Shown here piece after piece: positions 31,201 through 39,150 of a stretch of 64,000 nucleotides of DNA. A model generated the notes under the pieces. The model saw nothing but the letters and a program-made list of their open reading frames with translations. It had not been told where the DNA came from and searched no databases. Both the position numbers and the translations under genes were made by a program. This stretch comes from Euglena gracilis (lineage: Eukaryota). The stretch's first letter is position 1. Each line of letters opens with the position of its first letter. The stretch spans positions 35,635,703-35,699,702 of the forward strand of contig CP154954.1 in assembly GCA_039621445.1 (NCBI GenBank). Reading direction: 5' to 3'.

Positions 31201-33353
31201 GGCTGGTTTGCCGACTCCATTTCAGCACCAAGTGCCGAAAATTATAGGGACTCGAAAATGGCCCCCAAAATGGTCATCCCGGGGGTGGGGTCGGCGACAC
31301 CGTAAAAGTCAGCCTGTGTACTGCTGCAGCTCTATCGTCAAATAACCGTTGGCTCGCAGGGTGAAGAGGAGGTCAACGGGAGAGGTGGGCCTTTTGAAGC
31401 AGTGTATTCGGGAGGCGCGCAACTGTCAGAGAATGTGCATTTGCCTTCTTCATTCAAAAAAGCAACGAAAATAGAACGGTGGTTTCCAAATGTAAAATAA
31501 AACTATGATGTGCATCTCTGTTTTGAGAGCTTTTTTTTGCGCATTGAGTGCTTCCTCTTCATGTGGCACTTCGTTTTCCAAAATTAAAGCAAACAAAAGT
31601 AAACAAATGAAAAATAAGAAAATAAAAAGAAATGATGCCCCATTGTTGTCATCCTGAACATCCTGCGTCTGCAGCTTGGTCCACACATCAGGCAGCGCGT
31701 CCCGTTGACTGACCACCAACTCCAGACCAATCATATCGTGGGCCTGCCAGGGACAGAGCCGACCCGAGTCCAGCGTCTGTGGTGCCCCCCAAATAACCTG
31801 GCAGGACCCTTGCCCCTGGCAGTGGCCAAATAACTTGGCGGGGGGAGGGGCAAAAAAGACGGTTCCAGTAACTTGGCACCTCCTTTTTTCAGGCAAAATC
31901 CCTTTACGACACCGAGAAAAAGCAAGGCCCAAATAACCTGGCAGGAGGGCAGGGCCAAAAGTTGGTTCCAATAACCTGGCACCCCGCCAGGTTATTTGGG
32001 GGGGGTTACCTCCCTCCCACCTTGTCCTTGGCACGCCAAAGGACGGGAAAGTGTGTTTGACATGGGGGCGGGGGTGTCGCGGACCAGCCGTGTCAAGGAC
32101 ATGGGGGGGAGGGTTCCTCAAATTACCAGTCTGCCTCTCAAAGGCCCAAGGGCTGTCCGTCTCACCTCCTCCCCTCCTGAAACTCCTGAAACTCCCCCCA
32201 GTTTTAACCTCCAGCCTCTGGCATTCCCCTTTCGAGCACCCGCCCCAACCCCAAACTCAACATACAAATGCGGAAACCAATATGCCTCTTTAGACCCTTG
32301 GTAGGCAAAACGGTGATTTGTGGACCCCTTCTATGCGATGCACTACCCTCGGATTACAACCCCCCCCCCACCAGACCCCAACCCCTGGAGTAAAAAGTGT
32401 GGGGCCACAGGCCACCGAAAAGCCCCAATCAATCAAAAGCAGTGGAAGCACACAGCCATGGCAAGTGCAGAGTTCACATAAAAGTGGACATGCCGCTGAA
32501 GGCGGTGGCCCACTACAGCGTACCCCTGAAAGTTCACCTCCACTTCAATTGGGGGTTCACCGAGAGAAACCCTGGCCAGATGACAATGCCGACCAGGGAC
32601 AGCGCCGAGAGGCACAGCAGCCCCTCGGAATGACCCCAGGCAGGGAGGCAGGGGGTTGGGGGGTTTGGCAGCTATCTGGGGAAGCCCCTTTGTGGAAATG
32701 GAACAGGGTGAGGTCTGGGACGTGGAAAAGGCACAGCGGCCACTGGCGAACCACACCGGTGCCCAAGTGTCCTGCAATCGATGATTGTCGCGGCGGCAAA
32801 CAGGCTTGTGCTTACCGATGGGGGGGGTGCTATGGGGTGCCTGCCCCTAGCACCCCCCCATGGGGTAGGCACCCGATTAAGCACAAGCCTGGCGGCATAT
32901 CCGACACACACACAACTAAGGGGCCTGGGAAGTTTTAATCCGCTCTTCGTAATCTTCCAATGGCGCTGATGTTCATGTCACAATTTTCTCATGACGCAAA
33001 AGATTTTCCCTTTCAAAGGTGTAATGGCGGGAAGGGACGTTACCTCCCCCAACCCCAGCAGAGGTTTTGTACAACTCTGGCCAAGCGGTGGGTTGTTGGG
33101 TTGAACCTGAACTCTTACCCTGAAGCGACCATGGGTGTATACAGGAAGTCAGAGACACTGAAATTAAACAAATAACCTTTCCAGGTCGAACTCAGACGGA
33201 AATTAAAAGCAAATCCAATCAGCACCCCACAAGGCAGGTCGGCCCCTGACTAAAAAAAAAAATCCTGTTCCAATACGCTTCAACCAAAAAATTAGGATTT
33301 TTTACATGCAGGCGGCACTGCGTGCTTGCGTGCATGCGTGCGGGCGTGCTTTT

Positions 33354-33384
<31 letters not shown>

Positions 33385-36300
33385 CGCGTGTGTGTGTGTC
33401 ACAAGTTGTCCAAGCAACCCCCCAACATACTGTCATAGGAAAAAATAACATCTGGAAAAAACATATGAATGAATAACATCTAAAAAGGAGGCACAGAACA
33501 GGTTATCACTGTGCCAAAATTTGGTCCAATTTTCTTTGACGTTCGTTATTTTCACCCTCCTCCAAAACATCACCAGTTTTTAACCCTGAAATTTTTGAGA
33601 TTTTTTTTGTGAAAAAAATGTGGGTTTCCATCAAAAAATCATTAATTTCGAGTTTTCAAGAAAATTTCAGAAAATTTCCCGGCCAACGTCCTCGTTTTAC
33701 CAAAATTGGTGAAAATGCTGTGGTGGGGGGTCGACCCCCCCCCCCACCAGGCCTTCCCGTTCTGCCCTACCTGGGACCGGGGCAATTTTTGCAATATGCT
33801 GTCATAGGAAAAAATAACGCCCGGAAAAAATAACATCTAAGCCCCTTTTAGATGTTATTTAATCAGACGTTATTCTTTCCTCATTTGCTCCAGATATAAA
33901 ACGGAAAGAGATAGGATGGATAAAATGGATAGGATGTGGGATGAAGAAAACGAATGACTGTGGCAATCATTACCAAATGACGAGGCTGACCATCAAGCTT
34001 GCATTCAGTCCACAAGCCAGATCCCGCATGCTTCCAGCCCTTGCAGCCGCAAATGCAGCTGATGCTTCTGACCATTTGACCTCAAATTCCCTAGCCCTTT
34101 GCACAAGCACTGTCGTTGTCGAGATCAAATTTTACTGACATTTTTTTCTCTTGGAATTTTTTTTGATTTTCAATGGCATTTTTTTTTTGCTTCAAAAACC
34201 TCTCAAAATAAAAATCTTGAGAAAATGTTGAATTTTTGGAAGGTGTAAAAAAATGCCCTGGTCCCGGGGAACCCACCTCGGGCAGGGGGGGGGGCTGCAC
34301 ACGGGCTGGTCAAAAACTGCACTGGGAATTTCTTGCAAATAAGAAAAATCTTCTTGCTCTTTGAAGCATTTGGCTTGTGTGACATTTGGCCACAATGCTT
34401 AGGGCAAGACCCAATCATATTCAGGAGCTTGCGCTCCTTTGCGACACCACGAATTTCGAAATCCTCAACGTCAACCAAGAATTTGCACAATTTGCACAAC
34501 AGTTTTTGTATTTACTCCCTAGGAATCCCAACATAAATAGTTGAATCTGCTCATGCTCAGGAGTGTTCAGAAAAAAAGCTGCAAAAAACTGCAAAAAAAT
34601 GCAAAAAAAACCCTGCAAAGAACCCAAAACGTGAAAACTGCAAAAAAAAAAAAACTGAAAGAACTGCACGGTGCACATCCCCCCCCTGCCTCGGGCCTGA
34701 GGAGGAGAGGGGTCCACATCTTGCAACAAATATATTTTATTTTCGGCCATTTTCGGCCATTTTCGTCCATTTTCGGGACCCCTGCCTACAGAGCCCAAAT
34801 TTTCATTTTCGTCCATCTTCGGCCTTTTTCAGCCATTTTCGGCCATTTTTATTATAGATGCTTGTTCACCAAGGAAGCGGAAGGTGGTCGGACCGCCCAT
34901 CCCCGGAAAGTTCACCGGTGAACATGCACCAGGGGGGGGGGGGCAGGGCGTACCCTTGAAATTTCACCCGGTGAAATTCACCAGTGAAATTCACCGGGAA
35001 CTTCACCGTTTTGATGGTTAGAGGTGAAATTTTGATGGGTGAAAGTTTGCTCTTTTTCCTCTCAAAAAGACCATGTTGAGGTTCATGGGTCACGGGCAAA
35101 TATAAAATATATATCGGACGTTGCACTTGGCAGGTGTTGAAAAGCACGGTGGTGTTGGGGCCTTTCTGTGTACTGGGGAAGGGGTCCTTCAGGGGGCGGT
35201 CCTTAACTAAAAAAAAAATCCCGTCCCTTACGGCCCGCCCTGCCATAAGGTCGACAGAAATCCAAATTCTTCGTTGCAAATTCTGGGGGGAGGGGTGTTA
35301 CCAGATACACACACACACACACACAAATCCAACAACCCTCCCCCCTGCTTTAGCCGTGGACCCCTCTGTACCACGACGGGGCCATCCCCAGCCATCAGAG
35401 GACACCCATGAAGCATGCCACCTCACCCCTCCGGGAGGGGCTTCCCCCCTGCCTGGCACAAGGCCGCAGGCCGGGGGTGTAGATGGCGAGGGCCAAGAGG
35501 GCAATGATTGCCCACAAGGGGGACAGGGAGGGGGCGACAATGCAAGGTGACCCGCAGGCCAGACCGACGAGGGGAAAATAATAATAATAAATAATAATAA
35601 TAAATAATTATTATTTTATTATAAAAAATAATATAATAATGTGATAATAAAATAATGATGATAATAATACATAATGACAAAAGAAAAATAGTAAACTCCC
35701 ACAAACAGCAGGCCAGAGATCCCGCTGTGTCACTTCGATGCTCATGCGATCAGGTTCCCTGAAAAGGGTTCCAGCATGACTGAAGGTCGGTGACACCTGC
35801 TTTGTCCTGAATTGGGTACAGCCAGCAGTATCTCCCCCTTCCCCCTTCTCCAATTCTTCAATGCAAAGCAAAGACCTTTGCTCTGCATTGGAGAATTGGA
35901 GGAGGGGAAGGGGGAAGACACTGCCTGAAGGGGGAAGACTGCTGGTGGTGACTGTTCTGTTCTTCCGATTCGGATCATGATCGCAAGGCAGGTGTGCAAC
36001 TGTAACGTTCTCCAGCAACGACAACCCACATAGAACTTATTTGGCCGGCGTCCCCCAATGCTCGCTGCTGGGCGACCAGCCCCAACCCTGTGAGGACAGG
36101 TTAGGGGGACTCAGGCAACCCCCCCCCCCCCCCCCCCCTCCCCCCCCCCCCCCCGGGAAACCTTGTTGCGAGGTGGGGGTCGGACCCCCGGAGCAGGAGG
36201 GGGGGGGCACAGCCCCCTCTACCACCTCATACATACCCTGGGTTGGCCAAAGGTGACCAAAAGTTCGGCCTAAACACGGCTCCTTTGGGGGCGGACCATA

Positions 36301-39150
36301 ACCAGCTTCCCCTTGGCTGCCAACGGCAGCAGCTGCTCGACGAAGATCAGTGGGACAGGGTTGGCCCAGAGCTTGTACTTGGTGGCCCGCACGAAGAACA
36401 GGGCCAGGAAAAGCAGACACAGGCAGCCCCCGGGAGTGGGTAACCAACCACAGAAGAAAATGCATTTTGCCGCCTTGATTTTTAGCCCATTCAGCCCATA
36501 AAAAAAAATGGATGCTGCGATCCACAAATCCACAAATGAATGAATTTGTTTGTCAATAAACTCCTGCAATCAGCCTGCATTGCAATCAAAACTGAAAAGC
36601 ATTGGTTTAGATTTATTGGGAATATCGCTTTGGTTATTCTTGTTGCCATTTCTATTTCAACGCTGTATTATTATAAATATTATTATTCATATTATTATAT
36701 TATATTATAAAAGCTGCTGCGACTGCAAATGCTGCTGCTGCTGCTGCTGAATCTAGCACTGGCATTGGCGCCTATTAGCAATTATGCAGATGATCTTGTG
36801 CTAGGGCACTTTTGGCCGTGTGCCCTACCCCTCCCGGGGGGGGTCGGATTTGGAGTGCCTTGGGGTGCCTGCCCAGGCAGGCACCCCCCCCCCCCCCGGG
36901 GTGGGGTCGGTCGGCACCCGACTAAATACAGCCTGCGAGCGGGGTCGAAAGGAAAAATTCCACATCTTCCCCAATGTTTTTATTGTTTCTGCAAAAAAAA
37001 ATCAACTGGACACCCAGTTATTAAGCAGAAATTGTCTATATCGAGAACTGTGTCCCAAACGCCGGTTCGGGCGGGAAACCTGTGCCTAGGACGCCGGTTT
37101 GGGCGGTAGCCCGAACCGGCGTCCTAGGCACAGGTTTCACGCCCGAACCGGCGTTTGGGACACAGTTTTTTGAAACCGTGTATTGGGGGCTCTGGTTTCA
37201 CGCCCGAACCGGCGGCCGAGGAATCACGGCCAATTTCGCCCAAAACACCCATGTTTGGGGCTGTTTTGGGCAACTTTGGCCCAAATGGGCCGCCGGTCAA
37301 AAATGGCAGATTCCACACTTAGGAAGCCATGTCACCCATCAATCGAAAGCTCTTCTCAAGGACTTTCAACAGATGGCCACAGGATTCGGCATAATGCACT
37401 CAGCGCTTATTTTCAGCGATCGTGTCTTCCAAAATTTGACATCCTAATTTGTCAAATCCCACAGCTCAGGTTGCATATTGCATATCAAACGAAAGGTCTC
37501 GCCAACACCTTTCGCTTGGTACCCACAGAACTCAGCCAGGTTGCAAAGCGCTCTCAAAATCAGCGATCGCATTTTTCCGCATTTTTCGGACCCCATTTGC
37601 ATATCTGAAATTGCACTTTTCAGCTGCCATGTTGCCCATCGATCGAAAGCTCTTCTCAAGGGCTTTCAGCAGATGGCCTTAGATTTCTGCCATGCTGCGT
37701 GGTATTCTACTTCAGAAATTCTCCAAAATTGGCCAAAAGGAAACTTTTCCTCAAAAACCCCCAATTTTTAGCCCAAGACCCCCAAAACTGCCCAAATATG
37801 ATTTCCACCTGTCTACAAACCTTTTGGACACTTTTTGGCACTTTTTATTTTGGGTCTCCTGGACGCCATTTTCATGCCCGAACTGGCGTCCAGGACGCCG
37901 GTTCGGGCAGGAAATTTCCCGCCCGAACCGGCGTCCTGAACGCCGGTTCGGGCGTGAAACCAGAGTCCCCATACACGGTTCCAAAACAAAAAGGTTTTGG
38001 GGTCGGGGCGGTTGAGGTTGGGTGGGGGTTGGAAGGGTAGAAGGAAAAAAAGCCGGAGAGCACCAGAGCACTGCCTGGGCAGGGACTGCAAGGCCCACCC
38101 CAGCTTGCACATCTGCAAAACGCAGGCAGGAGCGGGAACCAGCGAATCCCAGCGGGGACCGCAGACTGCCATCTGGGGGGGGGGGGCTTTACACCTCCAT
38201 CAGGCTTTGTTTGAGGGCCCGGGGGGTCCACCAGCGAGCCATTTCACCAGCCACTGGAAAAAAGCCACCAGCTAGACCCCCCCCGGTCTCCCCATGACTA
38301 GATATCCGCTGGCCAGTTTCTGAATTTGGACTAGCCGCAGTCGAGCCCCCCACCCCCACGGCCCACGGGGATATTCTGAGGGACCCCCCCCCCCTTTATT
38401 GTTCCACCGACCTGCCCCCGGGAGGCCCGACCGGACAATAACGGGGGGGGGGGACAATAAAGGGGTACCAAAGGAATTTCATTGGCCGGGCCAAAAAAAA
38501 CCCCCGTCAGCCGGGGCCCAGGGACAATAAAGGGGGGGGGACAATAAAGGTGGTAGAAGCCTGTCCTCAAGGTTCGAGCAACCCAACCCCCAACCCCACC
38601 GCCCCCACCCACAGGGTAGGGTTGGATTTTGATTGGGCCCCTGGCGTGGTTTCTTTGACCTTGGGGGGGTGCAAGGAGCTCAAAGCTATGTAATAAGCAC
38701 GTGGTGCGTGGATTTTGGGGTGAGTCCCGCTTCAGCTGGAGTCTGAGCCAAGGCCGAGCTTGGGGAATTGAAAAGTTTTTGCTCGTTTGATTTGAGGGCA
38801 TCGGGTGAGGACAGAATTGGTTGATTTTAGAGGTCATAGCGAGTGTGCGTGCAACACACATAAACTCATTAAAATAAATGCACAAACAAATGCAATCGTC
38901 AGACAGTCGGTAATTGTGGCAAGGAAAGGGTTTCCCGACCATTGATTTCAAACCACTAGGATTTGAGACGTAAAAGACACAAAAGGATATACCATCTTGG
39001 CAACGGCATCTCGGCATCAACTCAAATGACACATTTATTTGTCTGAGTGTAAAAACACAGACGGGCTTCCATCCTCCTGGTTATTTAGCCTGCGGTGGCT
39101 CTGGTACGCCTGATCCATCTCGGCATCGTCGAATCTGAGTGGCCGTGCCC
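8390..39150 (-). CDS. Split gene: membrane-bound hybrid sensor histidine kinase (TM region - HisKA-like - HATPase_c - receiver); outer limits approximate
   Basis: Hand-spliced core: ...[45 protein letters not shown]|(x)[185 protein letters not shown]..., then receiver fragments [11 protein letters not shown] and DIVVMDNHL. Domain order is collinear. Confidence 0.85.
8451..8942 (-). other. Nonconventional intron (492 nt) containing an (ATATAG)n array
   Basis: accCAGgggctggc ... gacaccccCTGctggc; joins [15 protein letters not shown] in frame. Confidence 0.7.
8508..8850. repeat. (ATATAG)n microsatellite
   Basis: Direct observation. Confidence 0.95.
8943..9032 (-). CDS. HK exon: receiver domain N-terminal part, with an apparent internal frameshift
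   Basis: [22 protein letters not shown] (9032-8967) followed in a different frame by [10 protein letters not shown] (8971-8943). 5' boundary not resolved. Confidence 0.65.
10160..10260. mobile_element. TA|CAGTG-ended (Tc1/mariner-like) terminal repeat; inverted partner at 16261-16293
   Basis: taCAGTGCAGCTAAAAATTACGGAAGACAGAAATT matches the reverse complement of 16261-16295 with 4 mismatches. Confidence 0.55.
10469..10649. mobile_element. TA-flanked MITE with CAATTGCCCGGG units
   Basis: TACCCGC...GCGGGTA ends; same internal units as 6582-7065. Confidence 0.7.
11452..13965. mobile_element. Non-autonomous DNA transposon copy 1 (24-bp TIR, 5-bp TSD)
   Basis: Perfect TIR CTTAGGCGGCCTAACTCGCACTTA (11452-11475; inverted at 13942-13965); TSD ACCGG at 11447-11451 and 13966-13970; homologous along its length to 55329-57512 in the opposite orientation. 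Confidence 0.92.
14359..15094. repeat. (CCGGTGGGAT)n 10-bp minisatellite blocks
   Basis: Arrays at ~14359-14436, ~14952-15010 and ~15039-15094. Confidence 0.9.
15680..16000. repeat. Dispersed repeat, inverted homolog at ~45325-45620
   Basis: Shared CCAGTTTGGACC, ATGACTCGG..CTGG.GGGGAGTTGG, ATCCAGTC.CT.GC.ACTG and TCATGGTGAT blocks. Confidence 0.75.
16499..16751. mobile_element. TA-flanked MITE with CCCTAATAGAAGCG inverted repeat (second copy 59421-59668)
   Basis: TAAACCC..CCCTAATAGAAGC / GCTTCTATTAGGG..GGGTTTA; the internal sequence is shared in inverted orientation with the 59.5 kb copy. Confidence 0.8.
18330..18473. repeat. 144-bp near-perfect spacerless palindrome
   Basis: Centre TTGC|GCAA at 18401/18402; one mismatch; adjacent hairpin at ~18223-18315 is built of TTAGGG/CCCTAA-like units. 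Confidence 0.9.
18856..18974 (-). CDS. HK exon: end of HATPase_c (3' end uncertain; could extend to 18798)
   Basis: [39 protein letters not shown]. Confidence 0.8.
18975..19588 (-). other. Nonconventional intron (614 nt) containing a (GT)n/(GTGC)n array at ~19027-19283
   Basis: agtCAGggggcc ... ggccacCTGcccgc; in-frame join FMA|AQISG. Confidence 0.8.
19589..19680 (-). CDS. HK exon: ATP-lid / G2-like box
   Basis: [31 protein letters not shown]. Confidence 0.85.
19681..20013 (-). other. Nonconventional intron (333 nt)
   Basis: gagCAGcgcttccctttcggga ... tcctggggagggggtcgCTGgcacg; paired ends; join KLT|EEF. Confidence 0.85.
20014..20133 (-). CDS. HK exon: HATPase_c beta strands (40 codons)
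   Basis: [40 protein letters not shown]. Confidence 0.85.
20134..20860 (-). other. Nonconventional intron (727 nt)
   Basis: ggcCAGgaccgcccccggc ... gccacgggggttgcCTGcagct; the nearby GT/AG alternative is out of frame. Confidence 0.8.
20861..20959 (-). CDS. HK exon: HATPase_c N-box (33 codons)
   Basis: [33 protein letters not shown]. Confidence 0.9.
20960..22045 (-). other. Nonconventional intron (1086 nt)
   Basis: ggcCAGagccacccgggccgagtggg ... cccacgccccggccccgggggcgCTGgtgct; long terminal stem. Confidence 0.88.
22046..22093 (-). CDS. HK exon (16 codons)
   Basis: [16 protein letters not shown], bounded on both sides by nonconventional junctions. Confidence 0.85.
22094..23161 (-). other. 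Nonconventional intron (1068 nt)
   Basis: cccCAGggtgcgtcgggg ... ccccggcgggctCTGccgtc; 14 of 15 positions pair when G-U is allowed. Confidence 0.88.
23162..23247 (-). CDS. HK exon: second helix of the dimerisation domain
   Basis: (Q)[28 protein letters not shown]. Confidence 0.85.
23248..23323 (-). other. Nonconventional intron (76 nt)
   Basis: aatCAGgctgaagctt ... aaattccgcCTGgcagt; join QQARQ|CLQRG. Confidence 0.8.
23324..23357 (-). CDS. HK micro-exon (5' end +/-1 nt)
   Basis: [10 protein letters not shown]; the upstream intron has a CGG/CCG stem (cggcgaggccctgcc pairs with ggctgggcctcccgccg). Confidence 0.7.
23447..23620. mobile_element. hAT-like MITE with perfect 8-bp TSD
   Basis: CAGGGGTTATTTTT...AAAAAAAACCCTG; TSD GTTGCGCT at 23439-23446 and 23621-23628; central CGGCGCCTTCGGCG hairpin. 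Confidence 0.88.
25125..25175 (-). CDS. HK exon: second half of the H-box
   Basis: [17 protein letters not shown]. Confidence 0.85.
25176..25861 (-). other. Nonconventional intron (686 nt), GAG/CTC variant
   Basis: aaaGAGgac ... gccCTCcgccc; join LNH|ILKN restores the H-box. Confidence 0.78.
25862..25945 (-). CDS. HK exon: coiled coil plus phospho-His (CAC at 25864-25862)
   Basis: [28 protein letters not shown] (28 codons). Confidence 0.87.
25946..26096 (-). other. Nonconventional intron (151 nt)
   Basis: tacCAGggccacc ... ggtgctgctCTGtgatc; join LTR|EAQ. Confidence 0.78.
26097..26179 (-). CDS. HK exon: last TM segment and juxtamembrane helix (5' end approximate)
   Basis: [27 protein letters not shown]. 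Confidence 0.72.
28960..29048 (-). CDS. HK exon: TM segment (3' end uncertain)
   Basis: [29 protein letters not shown]. Confidence 0.72.
29049..30130 (-). other. Nonconventional intron (1082 nt)
   Basis: gccCAGggtgtcagg ... cctcccgccCTGcccgc; join FIGV|NVWF. Confidence 0.78.
30131..30219 (-). CDS. HK exon: TM segment
   Basis: (Y)[29 protein letters not shown]; not present in the supplied ORF track. Confidence 0.8.
30220..31319 (-). other. Nonconventional intron (1100 nt)
   Basis: acaCAGgctgac ... ccccgcCTGgccat; join ELQQ-t|ac(Y)-ITRE. Confidence 0.78.
31320..31377 (-). CDS. HK exon (5' end approximate)
   Basis: [19 protein letters not shown]. Confidence 0.7.
31669..31743 (-). CDS. Probable HK exon
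   Basis: [25 protein letters not shown] followed by acgCAG; partner junction not resolved. Confidence 0.5.
35150..35252. repeat. Dispersed repeat, inverted copy at ~58327-58430
   Basis: GGGGTCCTTCAGGGGGCGGTCCTTAAC..AAAATCCCGTCCCT.ACGG.CCGCCCTG present in both. Confidence 0.85.
36335..36420 (-). CDS. Candidate N-terminal TM exon of the HK
   Basis: [30 protein letters not shown]; coding-like island on the same strand, boundaries unresolved. Confidence 0.45.
36800..36934. repeat. Dispersed G/C-tract repeat family (also ~52755-53063 and ~32820-32890)
   Basis: TTTGGCCGTGTGCCCTACCCC...GGAGTGCCTTGG...GCCTGCCCAGGCAGGCA shared with the 52.8 kb copy in inverted orientation. Confidence 0.75.
37040..37985. 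mobile_element. Foldback-like element with multiple GCCCGAACCGGCG subterminal repeats
   Basis: Inverted clusters at ~37050-37215 and ~37875-37980; internal ~52-bp direct repeat at ~37327 and ~37626. Confidence 0.65.
39080..39150 (-). CDS. Candidate N-terminal exon of the HK
   Basis: [21 protein letters not shown] then aacCAG; resembles the LxF..E..Y motif that precedes TM blocks of receptor-type signalling proteins. Confidence 0.45.

Noticed and set aside
32440-34480. Additional hydrophobic minus-strand islands (~32460-32620, ~32770-32810, ~33970-34040, ~34420-34475)
   Set aside because: Probably further HK exons, but frames and boundaries were unresolved, so they are not listed individually.
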